A DNA stretch of 64,000 nucleotides from Oceanispirochaeta sp. (lineage in GTDB: Bacteria; Spirochaetota; Spirochaetia; DSM-2461): positions 256,001-320,000 of the forward strand of contig CAXXXD010000003.1 in NCBI GenBank assembly GCA_963663385.2, in the 5' to 3' direction. The notes under the pieces are model-generated. The model did not search any database and was not told the origin of the DNA. It was given only the letters and a program-made list of their open reading frames with translations. Both the position numbers and the translations under genes were made by a program. How positions within the stretch are numbered: position 1 is the first letter of the stretch; every line of letters begins with the position of its first letter. Positions 19,447 through 28,962 of this stretch are shown in pieces.

Positions 19447-19520
19447 TTACTCAAAAAACTCAATCAGATCACTCCCCGGAAAGGAGAATTCCGCCGCTTC
19501 CGGTTTCAGCTCGTAGGCTT
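19447..19520 (-). pseudogene. Remnant copy of the 3' end of the 20359-22518 gene
   Basis: 19447-19476 identical to 20359-20388; minus strand reads AYELKPEAAEFSFPGSDLIEFFE* versus AYELKPDAAVEFAF...GSDLIEFFE*. Confidence 0.75.
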
Positions 19521-19575
19521 ACTACAAGCGCAATTCGGATTTTAAGAAACTCAATAAATAAGGAGGGGAACTAAG

Positions 19576-19613
19576 TTGCTATACGTGTGAAATGTGATAT
19601 AATTATACGTATA
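19576..19613 (+). promoter_or_regulatory. TA promoter with autoregulatory palindrome
   Basis: TTGCTA-16-(TG)aTATAAT followed by TATACGTATA; second ATACGT at 19581. Confidence 0.55.
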
Positions 19614-19622
19614 GGGGCGTGT

Positions 19623-19883
19623 ATGGAAACCAAATTAACATTAAGCCTTGATAAGGAAGTAATAAACAGGGCGAAAGACTATGCCAAAATCCGGAAAACC
19701 AGTCTTTCCCATCTGGTGGAGGATTATTTCTGCCTGCTTACGGCAGAATCCCCGGTAAATATTCAGGAAGATAACAGAAAATCTCCTATAACTGATAAAC
19801 TGCTCGGTTCTGTTAAAGTTGAAGACCCTGATGCGGAAAAACTGAAGAGTGACTACCTGATGGATAAATATATCAATGCATAA
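19623..19883 (+). CDS. DUF6364-like ribbon-helix-helix antitoxin
   Basis: METKLTLSLDKEVINRAKDYAK..SLSHLVEDYF; overlaps the PIN gene. Confidence 0.8.
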   Translation: METKLTLSLDKEVINRAKDYAKIRKTSLSHLVEDYFCLLTAESPVNIQEDNRKSPITDKLLGSVKVEDPDAEKLKSDYLMDKYINA

Positions 19884-20307
19884 GGTCTTTGTTGATACTG
19901 ATGTGATTCTGGATCTGCTTCTGGAGAGAGAGCCTTTTAAAGAGGCTGCCTATGAGCTGTTTCGCAGAATCGAACTGAAGAAGATCAAAGGCTATACCTC
20001 TCCCCTGGTTATGGCCAATCTGCACTATATACTTACAAAAATTCTGGGCAAATCAAAAAGTATTCAGCTTCTCAGGAATCTGCTGCAGATCCTTTCCATT
20101 ACGAAGATTGACTCGGATACAATTTTACAGGCATTTGCCGAAGAGAAGCTTAAAGACCTGGAAGACCTGATACAGCTGTATTCTGCTCTTGACTGGGAAA
20201 TTGACATATTAACCACCAGAAATATCAAAGATTATCCTGAAAAGGATGGTATCAGGGTTGTGATGCCGGGGCAGTTGATATCCATGATTGATGCGGTTGA
20301 GTTGTAG
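19876..20307 (+). CDS. PIN-domain (VapC-like) toxin
   Basis: VFVDTDVILD, DLEDLIQ, LTTRNIKDY. Confidence 0.88.
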   Translation: MHKVFVDTDVILDLLLEREPFKEAAYELFRRIELKKIKGYTSPLVMANLHYILTKILGKSKSIQLLRNLLQILSITKIDSDTILQAFAEEKLKDLEDLIQLYSALDWEIDILTTRNIKDYPEKDGIRVVMPGQLISMIDAVEL

Positions 20308-20358
20308 ATGGAAAAAATATGCCGGTTGTTGATACCGGCCCGGCATAAGAGAAGTTAA

Positions 20359-22518
20359 TTACTCAAAAAACTCAATCAGATCACTCCCGGCTTCCGCCGC
20401 CCTGACCTTGTCAGAACCGGTGCCGAGAAAGGCGAATTCCACCGCCGCATCCGGTTTCAGTTCATAGGCTTTCTGATAGTATACCTCTGCTTCCTCATGT
20501 TCTCCCAGGGCATGACCCGCTTTGCTGATATTCAGATAGAGGCTGAGCCGGCTGTTATCCCTGAGCTTATCCCCCTGTGACTTCTCTATTTTTTTGAACT
20601 GGGTTAAGGCGGCTCCGTATTTCTCCTGGGTGTAGTAGAGGGATCCCAGATTCAACTGGGCCCTGGCATTGTCAGGGCGCATCCGGATCATCTCCTTTAT
20701 GGCTTTTTCGGCAATATCATAGGCCCCTATTTTGGAAGCGGCCACAGCCAGCGCGTTCCAGCTCCCCAGGCTTCCCTTACTGTAGGCTTCCTGCTGAAAG
20801 GACTGGAGAATGGTGTTGTTCAGCCAACTCAGATCATCCCGGAAGGCCGACTGGATTTCCTCTGAATCGCCGTACTGCAGGCCAAGGTCCGTTTCCCGCA
20901 AAACTATGGAACGGTAGAGGGACTGGGACTCTCCTGTCCGGTAGACTCCGCGGACTTCAGGCTGCGCCTCCCATTTGCTGAATTCGGATATGCCGATCCG
21001 CCAGGCATCGGAAAATTTCTTCAATCCTATCAGGGTTATTTCAACGGGAACCCAGAGCTCCCCGTCCATAGCCAGGCTCATGGAGCGGTCGGGGTTGATC
21101 ATGGCGTAATCCCCTGAGGGGACCCCCGTGTTGAAGGCGCAGTAGATGTGGCCGGGGACCGTTACCAGAGCCGTTTCGATCCCCACTGATTCCAGGAGGG
21201 TACAGAACAGAACCGTCAGATCGTCGCAGTCGCCGGTTTTCCGGATCAGGGTTTCCCGGGGGAGGCTGATGGAGTCCACCAGCAGGGCATCTTCCTGGGC
21301 CTGCGTAAAGGGGGACCCGGGATCCACCTGGTACATCAATCCCAGTTCTCCCAGGGCGTTGAACACCTGCATGGCATACTGCAGGCTGCCGTTAAGGTAG
21401 GGATTCACCTCCTCCTTATGGATCTGCCGGATATGGCTGGCGTAATTTCTTAACGCGCTGTCCTGGGGTGTAATAAAGGCCGCTGCCTTGCGGTCGTCGT
21501 CCCAGGTCAGGGCATTCCTGTCGTACAGATCGTAGGAGACGGACTGACGCTGTTCCACTTCCCGGCCTTTTATGGTGTAAGTTGTAATAACTTCCCCTGT
21601 AAGAGGAGTGACTCCCTGGGTGGAAAAAACTTCATTGTTAAAAGTTATATAGAGGGGAATCTCAAGATTTCCTCCCCCTTCCAGATTAAGATTCTGGGCA
21701 ACCGGACTGGGAGAGTCCATAAATCCCGGCTGCAGAAAACTGACAGAGAGATCTTCCAGGGGAGCTTTCTCCTTGTTGCTGATATTGAGTGTTCCTGCAG
21801 GATTTTTCACATAGTAGCTCTGCATGGCAGAAAAGAGGGGGGGGACGCTTATATCCTCAAAGCGGATGGCCTTGATAGCGTTCTGCGTCCGGTCCGGGTC
21901 TTTTCCGAAGCGGTAGGCTGCTGAGAATCCGACACCGAAGGTAAACCCGTCATAGTCGTCCATTATCCCCAGGGCCCGGGAGTAGTTCAGGGCGGGGCTG
22001 ACGGAAATGCTGACATTATAGGAGGGGTTCAGGGCCAGGCGACCCGTAACACGTCCCATGGCTTCCAGCTGCCCCAGATCTTCATCCAATCCGTTTTCGC
22101 TGAGCTCCGTATAATAGCTCTGGGATACTCCTCCCACAAGATCCACTCCCAGCTCGAATTCCCCGGATATCCGGTTGATATAACCCAGGCCGGCTGCGGC
22201 AAAATAGTGCTGATGGGTCCAGTCCTGATGGAACTCATCCATATCCCCGTCAAAAATGTAGCTGGTCATTCCCAGGCGCAGCATGGGCTGCAGGGTGGGG
22301 GCATTCCGGAAGGGAATGCGGATATCTCCCGACACTTCGCTGATGGTAAAATCTGAGAGGGAGCTTTTACCTATGGTCCCCAGAGTCAGGTACTGAATGC
22401 CCATGGAGAAGGGGTAGGCGTAGTGGGTGTTGTAGTTGATTTTCTCTGATTCTCCAGGGAGATTCAGGCTCAGAGTCATCAGTGCAATAGTTGTCAGGAT
22501 GTATTTCATTTTTTTCAT
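20359..22518 (-). CDS. Exported protein: putative N-terminal beta-barrel + transglutaminase-like domain + TPR repeats
   Basis: Signal peptide; alternating beta-strands ending GVGFSAAYRF; TGDCDD..VPGHIY..VPVEIT triad; C-terminal TPRs (AQLNLGSLYY, YLNISKA). Confidence 0.65.
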   Translation of the reverse strand: MKKMKYILTTIALMTLSLNLPGESEKINYNTHYAYPFSMGIQYLTLGTIGKSSLSDFTISEVSGDIRIPFRNAPTLQPMLRLGMTSYIFDGDMDEFHQDWTHQHYFAAAGLGYINRISGEFELGVDLVGGVSQSYYTELSENGLDEDLGQLEAMGRVTGRLALNPSYNVSISVSPALNYSRALGIMDDYDGFTFGVGFSAAYRFGKDPDRTQNAIKAIRFEDISVPPLFSAMQSYYVKNPAGTLNISNKEKAPLEDLSVSFLQPGFMDSPSPVAQNLNLEGGGNLEIPLYITFNNEVFSTQGVTPLTGEVITTYTIKGREVEQRQSVSYDLYDRNALTWDDDRKAAAFITPQDSALRNYASHIRQIHKEEVNPYLNGSLQYAMQVFNALGELGLMYQVDPGSPFTQAQEDALLVDSISLPRETLIRKTGDCDDLTVLFCTLLESVGIETALVTVPGHIYCAFNTGVPSGDYAMINPDRSMSLAMDGELWVPVEITLIGLKKFSDAWRIGISEFSKWEAQPEVRGVYRTGESQSLYRSIVLRETDLGLQYGDSEEIQSAFRDDLSWLNNTILQSFQQEAYSKGSLGSWNALAVAASKIGAYDIAEKAIKEMIRMRPDNARAQLNLGSLYYTQEKYGAALTQFKKIEKSQGDKLRDNSRLSLYLNISKAGHALGEHEEAEVYYQKAYELKPDAAVEFAFLGTGSDKVRAAEAGSDLIEFFE

Positions 22519-25500
22519 TATTCGTCTCCCAGGAGGGGGATGACAGCCAGTCCGGCTGTTCCGTCCGCCACATAGGCATAGCTGCCTGAAACAGCTACAT
22601 CATAACCATAGGAGGCCGTATCTCGGTAGATGGGTGTCCCGGGATTCTGAGGGTCTCGAATATCTACAATAGCGATACCGTCATTTTTTACAGAAATAAA
22701 AGCAAAATTACCCGAAATTTCTATATTGAAAGGAGGTTTGCTTAAAGGTATATAAACGGGGGATCCAAGAGATGTCGGATCGGATATGTCAACAATGGCA
22801 AATTCTGCTGTGGAAAAGGACAGATAGGCATAATTTCCGGAAACTGTTACGTTAGAGGGATGTTTGGATGGTGTATTTAAATGATCTAATAGCACGGGAT
22901 TCTCCGGATCGTATATATCGATACTGGCCATACCATCCCCATCGATAACGAAAGCATAATGATCTCCTATTGCAACATCAATCGTAGCTGCCCCGGTGTT
23001 GATGGATACAGGTACACCTGGATTCTCTGATTCTGTAAAATCGTAGATTATTAAATTGTTCGGCGCCGGGATATAAAGGTTGTTGCCAAAGACCTCATAA
23101 GAATTTTTAGATTCAGGTATTGTTATTAGTTCTATGGGGTGAGCGATATCGGAAATATTCAGGACTTTTATTCCTACTCCAGATTCATGAATAAAAGCAT
23201 AATTGGAATAAATCTTGACCATTTGTATGTTAGATGAGGTATAAAAGTAGTTTGGTGAACCTGGTTGCTTCGGGTTGGATATATCAATAGCTGCCAAACC
23301 ATCCTGGTAATCTAAAGCAATAACAGTGCTACCCAATATTTCAATATTAGTGAATTCCCCGCTGGTGGGGATATTGGTTGGCGATCCGGGATTGGTTGGA
23401 TTGGCAATATCGAATACGAACAGTCCATTGTAAGAATTTGATATAAAAGCGTATTTACCGTAAATAGCTATACCACTTAAGAGCGCAGCTGAAAATGCCA
23501 TAGTTTCTGAATATAATGGATTTGAAGGATCCGACAGATCTACGATAAAAACTTGATTAGAAGCAACAAGGTAGGCATAGCATCCAGAGAGAATCAATTT
23601 GTTTGTTGATTTAGGGGTCGCAGCATAAATGGGAACACCTGCATCTGTTGGATTGGTGATATCAATAAGGGCCAGGCCATATTTTGTGGTTAAATCGGCT
23701 TCAGTAAACTGACCTGCCAGATAGGCCGTGTTATCCTTAATTACAATGCTATTTATTATATCAAGTGATCCATGATCTTCTAACGATACAGTATCTTTCA
23801 GAATTGGGCTTCCTGGAGTAGTGGAAATATCCAGAATGTAAAAAGTTGTGTCGGATCCTAAATACAAATAATCATCAGTAGAAGCCAGGCATTTTACATA
23901 TCCATAGTGTGTTAAAAAACTTTCCGATCCCGGATTTGATTTATTTGTGATATCTATAATCCCCAAACCATCTCTATCAGCTGCAATATAAGCATAGTTT
24001 CCTGACACGGTTACACCTTTGGCGTAATCGCCCAATTCGACATAAACAGGATCCGCTGGATATTGAGGCGTAATCAATTGCATGATGGCCAGCTTTAAGT
24101 TGTTCAAGTCACCCAAAATAACAAAAGCATAATCGTCCGCTACCACACCATCATAAGTTTTCTCTCCTTCCAGTATTGTAATCGGAGAACTTATCTGTTC
24201 CGGATCCGTAATATCAAGTATATTCAACCCACCGTATGAACTCTGACAGAGATAGGCATAATTCCCGGATATGATAATATTGCTCGGGGCATGTGGTAAA
24301 TTGACAGAAGATACTTGTTTTGTTCCAAATCGTCCAGGTTTGGAAACTGCATAATTACTTGGGATCTCCGAACATTCTGCAGGAATAATACGGTAGTAGT
24401 AATCAGTGTCAAATTCTACATTGTAGTCAGTAAATTCTGTAGTTGCCAGATTCTGCCGTTTTCTCCAGGGACCGGAAGCAGAGATGCTCCGTTCTATCGT
24501 ATAATAGGTAACCTGTGACAAAGCTTGCCACTCCAGCGAAATCGACCCATACCCGGTCGCGCTTATCTGCGGTGTAAGAGTCAACGGACTCAACGGCATC
24601 TTGGAAATAGAACTTAAGTACGCATTCCCCCCGGAATCCGCTGGAATATTAGCCGTCAGGGTAAAATTGTATATTTCTCCATTATCCAGCCCGTCCCACA
24701 CATAGGGACTGGTCACATTCTCCCGGGTTACCCCGAAGTTTGTTTCGAAAAGGGTATAGGATTCCGCAAATAATACATCATCCCAGGAGATTGTTACCTG
24801 TTTATTCCCGGGTACAACGGAAAATCCGGAAATGTCCCCGCCTTCGGCCGGCTTGGTAATGGTACAGACAAGGGTTGTCTCATTTCCATTCAGGTCCAGT
24901 GCCGTTACCTCTATTGTTCTGGAACCTTCCAGCGCGGAAACATCCAGAACAGTAGAGAAGGTTCCGTTTTCTTCGCTCAGGGTCAGTTCCCCGCTGATAT
25001 CGGTTCCGGGAAGGGCATAGCTTATCTTTGTGTTCACCTCGGTAAATAATTCCGTTTCCAGTGAGTTTGTTACATACCCCGAAAGGATAACCGCTGTGGC
25101 GTATTCCGAGTAGTCCACAGGAGAAGTCAAAACAAGATTGGGGCCGTCCGTGTCTGGATCGACTATAACCGTTGCCTCCACTTCGTTATCGTTGATATCC
25201 ACCGCTGTAATCTGGATGGTTATCTGCTTATCGTATTCCGCTGTAGGAACGGAAAAGAAGAAGCTGCCGTCTGTTCCCACAGTAATGGCTGTGGAATTGC
25301 TTTCCTGGTTTTTAATAATAAAAGAGGCACTGCCAATATACTGGTCGGCGTCCTCCGCTCCACGGCTGTCTCCGTCGCTGTCCACATCAATAATCGTCCC
25401 GCTTACCGTTAGGGATGATTCAAATAGGGAACCCTGAGAAGGGGAGTTGATGGTGATAACCGGAGGGTTCAGGTCCTGCAGGGTCAGGAGCTTGTCTTTG

Positions 25501-25580
25501 TCAAAGGGGGTGGGACAGCTGATAAAGAGGCAAACGGTTATTATGGAAAGAATTAACGATCTAATGCGTCCTGGAGTCAT
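22518..25580 (-). CDS. Large lipoprotein with Ig-like, fibronectin III and LVIVD repeats
   Basis: Lipobox CLFISC after ATG 25580; P..TINSP Ig domains; PGNKQVTISW FN3; many SGNYAY..GL.IIDI.NP repeats. Confidence 0.8.
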   Translation of the reverse strand: MTPGRIRSLILSIITVCLFISCPTPFDKDKLLTLQDLNPPVITINSPSQGSLFESSLTVSGTIIDVDSDGDSRGAEDADQYIGSASFIIKNQESNSTAITVGTDGSFFFSVPTAEYDKQITIQITAVDINDNEVEATVIVDPDTDGPNLVLTSPVDYSEYATAVILSGYVTNSLETELFTEVNTKISYALPGTDISGELTLSEENGTFSTVLDVSALEGSRTIEVTALDLNGNETTLVCTITKPAEGGDISGFSVVPGNKQVTISWDDVLFAESYTLFETNFGVTRENVTSPYVWDGLDNGEIYNFTLTANIPADSGGNAYLSSISKMPLSPLTLTPQISATGYGSISLEWQALSQVTYYTIERSISASGPWRKRQNLATTEFTDYNVEFDTDYYYRIIPAECSEIPSNYAVSKPGRFGTKQVSSVNLPHAPSNIIISGNYAYLCQSSYGGLNILDITDPEQISSPITILEGEKTYDGVVADDYAFVILGDLNNLKLAIMQLITPQYPADPVYVELGDYAKGVTVSGNYAYIAADRDGLGIIDITNKSNPGSESFLTHYGYVKCLASTDDYLYLGSDTTFYILDISTTPGSPILKDTVSLEDHGSLDIINSIVIKDNTAYLAGQFTEADLTTKYGLALIDITNPTDAGVPIYAATPKSTNKLILSGCYAYLVASNQVFIVDLSDPSNPLYSETMAFSAALLSGIAIYGKYAFISNSYNGLFVFDIANPTNPGSPTNIPTSGEFTNIEILGSTVIALDYQDGLAAIDISNPKQPGSPNYFYTSSNIQMVKIYSNYAFIHESGVGIKVLNISDIAHPIELITIPESKNSYEVFGNNLYIPAPNNLIIYDFTESENPGVPVSINTGAATIDVAIGDHYAFVIDGDGMASIDIYDPENPVLLDHLNTPSKHPSNVTVSGNYAYLSFSTAEFAIVDISDPTSLGSPVYIPLSKPPFNIEISGNFAFISVKNDGIAIVDIRDPQNPGTPIYRDTASYGYDVAVSGSYAYVADGTAGLAVIPLLGDE

Positions 25581-25938
25581 ACCGCCGTCTCCTGTCTTAA
25601 TAGTGCGGACAGGTAAATCCGGAAGGAGTTCATAAATGTACCTCAAAAACTTATTGTAATTTAAATAATATATCACGGTTATTCTGCTATTTCCAGAAAG
25701 ATATAGGTATGTGGAAGCAGCATAATTGGGAGTCTCAATACCGGCAGGTCTTGTCGTGCTGCCGTTTTCCAATAGGCACTAGTCGGTTCAAGGAACTACG
25801 ATTTTGTTCAGGGGAGAGATGATAATACAGGGAAAACTTGACAATTCGCTCATTCCCCTTAATTATGAATGTATATATTGTCTGATTATCGGATTTAAGT
25901 AGAGATATATTCATACAAGCAATACAGGAGTGAAGCAT

Positions 25939-26958
25939 ATGGCAAAGGTAAAAGTAGGAGTAGCCGGTTATGGCGTAATCGGTCAGAGGTTGGCGGACGG
26001 TGTTGCACTGCAGGGGGATATGGAGCTGGTTGGAGTAGCCGATGTGGCTCCCACTCTTCCCGTAAGAGCCCTTTATGAAAAAGGCATGCCCTATAAGCTG
26101 TTTACAGCAGCACCGGAAAAGAAGAATCTGCTGACAGATCTGAACATTCCTGTTTCCGGTACTCTGGAAGAGATGGTGCAGGAGTGTGATCTGATTCTGG
26201 ACGCCACCAGCGCCGGTATCGGAGCTGAAAATAAGAAACTCTATAAAAAATACAATACCAAAGCTGTTTTTCAGGGCGGTGAAACGAACGATGTGGCCGA
26301 TGTTTTCTTTCATGGGTATGCCAACTACGAAAAAGGTGTCGGGGCGGATTACCTTAAGCTGACCAGCTGTAATACAACCGGTCTGATCCGGGCCATGGAC
26401 TGTATTGACAGAGCTGTGGGCGTGGTGAAAACAGCCATTACCATTATCCGTCGTGTGGCCGATCCCGGGGATTATCACAGAGGATTGACCAATGCCCTGC
26501 AGGTGGATAAGGCGCCCAGCCATCAGGCTCTGGACCTGATGACCATTATGCCCCATGTAAATGCAACAGGTATTCTTGTGCATACTCCAGTCACTCACGG
26601 ACATATTATTACCTCTGTGGTTTCCCCCGGGGCTAAAATCAGCAAAAAAGAGCTGCTGGACCTGTTTCATGCCCATCCCAGAATCCGGGTGGTAAGACTG
26701 GAAGACGGTTTCCTCGGAAACGCTTCCCTGTTTAAATATGCCAGAGACCTGGGTAATCCCAGAGGCGATATGTATGAAATCGCCGTTTGGGAAGAGTCCA
26801 TTGTAGAGTCCGGTGACGATGTCATGTTCGCCATCAATATCCCACAGGAAGCTGTTGTTATTCCCGAAAATATCGATGCTGTCAGAGCTGCCACCGGAAT
26901 GCAGACCACCCGGGAAGAAGGTACGGCCGCAACCAATAAATATCTGAATATGAAATAA
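25939..26958 (+). CDS. Type II (archaeal-type) glyceraldehyde-3-phosphate dehydrogenase homolog
   Basis: GYGVIGQRLAD, FQGGE, SCNTTG (catalytic Cys), IRRVADP, QEAVVIPENIDAVRA; AGGAG RBS. Confidence 0.88.
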   Translation: MAKVKVGVAGYGVIGQRLADGVALQGDMELVGVADVAPTLPVRALYEKGMPYKLFTAAPEKKNLLTDLNIPVSGTLEEMVQECDLILDATSAGIGAENKKLYKKYNTKAVFQGGETNDVADVFFHGYANYEKGVGADYLKLTSCNTTGLIRAMDCIDRAVGVVKTAITIIRRVADPGDYHRGLTNALQVDKAPSHQALDLMTIMPHVNATGILVHTPVTHGHIITSVVSPGAKISKKELLDLFHAHPRIRVVRLEDGFLGNASLFKYARDLGNPRGDMYEIAVWEESIVESGDDVMFAINIPQEAVVIPENIDAVRAATGMQTTREEGTAATNKYLNMK

Positions 26959-26994
26959 GCAAAGGGAGTTTTATGAATCTGAAGAGGAGTACAT

Positions 26995-28248
26995 ATGAGC
27001 AGGGGCAAACCCGGTTTTAAACCGATGGAAGATTTTGATGTAAAAGGGAAAAGGGTTCTTTTAAGGGTGGATATCAACTCTCCCTTAGATCCGGTTTCAA
27101 AAAAAATTGTAAACGAAAACAGGATAAACAAGAGTCTTCCTGCAGTGGAATGGCTGCTGGAACAGGGAGCCAGACTGGCCATTATCGCCCATCAGGGGGA
27201 TACCCTGGATTATCAGAATCTGATCCCTCTGGCGGAGCATGCCGGGAAACTGTCAGAAAAGCTGAACCGGACTGTATCCTATATTGACGATGTCTGCGGA
27301 CCCGCCGCTCAGGGTGCCGTGAAAAACCTTAAAGAGGGAGAAGCGGTTCTTCTGGGAAACCTGCGCTACCTCTGCGAAGAGATCTCCACCTTTGAGGATG
27401 CGGTAAAACTGACTGCTCCCGAAATGGTCAACACCTGGCTGGTCAGAAGCCTGGCCCCCCTGTTTGACCTCTATATTAACGATGCCTTTGCAGCGGCACA
27501 CAGGAACTGTCCCAGTATGGTGGCGTTTCAGGAACTTCTCCCCAGTGCTGCCGGTCCCCTGTTATTCAATGAAGTATCTGCTTTGACCAAAGTCCTGCAG
27601 GCGCCGGAACACCCTGCCGTCTTCCTCCTGGGAGGAGCCAAAATCTCCGATGCCTTTGGTATGATGGAGCAGGTTCTTGCCAGCGGTACAGCCGATAAAA
27701 TTCTCACCTCAGGTGTAACCGGGCAGGTATTCCGGATTGCCTCCGGTCTGGATCTGGGGCCTTCAATGGCGAAATTCCTGAAGGACCGTTCCCTGGATGT
27801 ATTTATTGAAGAGGCCGCCGGATACCTGAAAACCTACCCTGAAAAGATTCTGATGCCCGTCGATGCGGCTTATAAAAAGGAGGGCCGGCGCATGGAAGTT
27901 TCCATTGACAACCTTCCCGGGGATGAAATGTATATGGATATCGGCAAAAAAACCATCGCCATTTATCTGGAAGAGATTCAAAACGCGGGGACTGTTTTCG
28001 TCAACGGGCCCTCCGGTGTATTCGAAGAGGAGATTTTTGAAGACGGGACACGGGACCTCTGGAGGGGGATTGCCGAAGCGCCCGGTTATACCGTAATCGG
28101 CGGAGGGGACAGCGTCAGTGCGGCAGGCCGTTTTACGGATCCTGCCAGAATGAACTATATCTGCACAGCCGGAGGGGCTATGGTCAGGTTCCTGTCCGGC
28201 AGGAAACTGCCCCTGATTGAAGCGATGGAAAAGGCCGGCCGTAAATGA
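26995..28248 (+). CDS. Phosphoglycerate kinase homolog, archaeal-like
   Basis: RVDINSP, AHQG, NLRY, NDAFAAAHR, GGAKISD, NGP.GVFE, GGGDS, TAGGA. Confidence 0.9.
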   Translation: MSRGKPGFKPMEDFDVKGKRVLLRVDINSPLDPVSKKIVNENRINKSLPAVEWLLEQGARLAIIAHQGDTLDYQNLIPLAEHAGKLSEKLNRTVSYIDDVCGPAAQGAVKNLKEGEAVLLGNLRYLCEEISTFEDAVKLTAPEMVNTWLVRSLAPLFDLYINDAFAAAHRNCPSMVAFQELLPSAAGPLLFNEVSALTKVLQAPEHPAVFLLGGAKISDAFGMMEQVLASGTADKILTSGVTGQVFRIASGLDLGPSMAKFLKDRSLDVFIEEAAGYLKTYPEKILMPVDAAYKKEGRRMEVSIDNLPGDEMYMDIGKKTIAIYLEEIQNAGTVFVNGPSGVFEEEIFEDGTRDLWRGIAEAPGYTVIGGGDSVSAAGRFTDPARMNYICTAGGAMVRFLSGRKLPLIEAMEKAGRK

Positions 28249-28317
28249 CACCGAATCTTCCCTGTCAAACCTTCCTGATGCTTGTATTTTTCCCCGAATC
28301 ATAGAACTATTAATCCT

Positions 28318-28911
28318 ATGGCAAAAAGCAGAAAAAAGAAGACATCCCGGGATAAACAGGCGGAACTCTCAAAAAAACGAATTTATGAAACAGGTCTGGA
28401 CCTGTTTTCCCGGCAGGGGATCGATCAGACCAGCATCGCCGAAATCTGCCGGGAGGCGAATTGTTCGGTAGGCGCTTTCTATCATCATTTTTCTTCCAAA
28501 GAGAGTATATTGGAAGAAACGTTCCGTCTGGCCGATGACGATTTCAGCGTATGGAATATCGCGGAGGATCTGAATCTGAAAGGACGGGAAGTGGTTTTAA
28601 AATATATGCAGGTATACGCGGAGCTTGTTGAGAATACCGGTCTGGAATTCACCAAGCGGTTTTATACATGGAAGAATAAAATCTTTATTAAAAAAGGCCG
28701 TCCCATGCAGACCAGGCTGATTGATCTGATTCAGGCGGAGCTGGAAGCGGGGAATCTTGCATTGACTGTAACACCGGAAGAAGCCTGTGAATGGCTTTTC
28801 GTCTGTGCCCGGGGGGTAGTTTTCCACTGGTGCCTTTATGAGGGGGATTTTGATTTGAAAGAGAAAATGGTGGAATCCGCAGACCGGGCGTTGCGGGGGA
28901 TCGAACAATAA
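28318..28911 (+). CDS. TetR/AcrR family regulator
   Basis: LFSRQGIDQTSIAEICREANCSVGAFYHHFSSKE. Confidence 0.92.
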   Translation: MAKSRKKKTSRDKQAELSKKRIYETGLDLFSRQGIDQTSIAEICREANCSVGAFYHHFSSKESILEETFRLADDDFSVWNIAEDLNLKGREVVLKYMQVYAELVENTGLEFTKRFYTWKNKIFIKKGRPMQTRLIDLIQAELEAGNLALTVTPEEACEWLFVCARGVVFHWCLYEGDFDLKEKMVESADRALRGIEQ

Positions 28912-28942
28912 AAAGGCTGTCCGGAAAACCGGACAGCCTTTT
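28911..28942. terminator. Bidirectional terminator between convergent genes
   Basis: AAAAGGCTGTCCGG-AAAA-CCGGACAGCCTTTT perfect hairpin. Confidence 0.85.
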
Positions 28943-28962
28943 ACAGAAAGCAGATAGCCTGA

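Noticed and set aside
19604..19613. TATACGTATA as a fifth LacI operator
   Set aside because: Shares only the ATACGTAT core and lacks the TGC/GCA flanks; its position fits antitoxin autoregulation better.
25581..25772. N-terminal extension of the LVIVD ORF to 25772
   Set aside because: The signal peptide and lipobox begin at ATG 25580; the upstream part is AT-rich promoter-like DNA.
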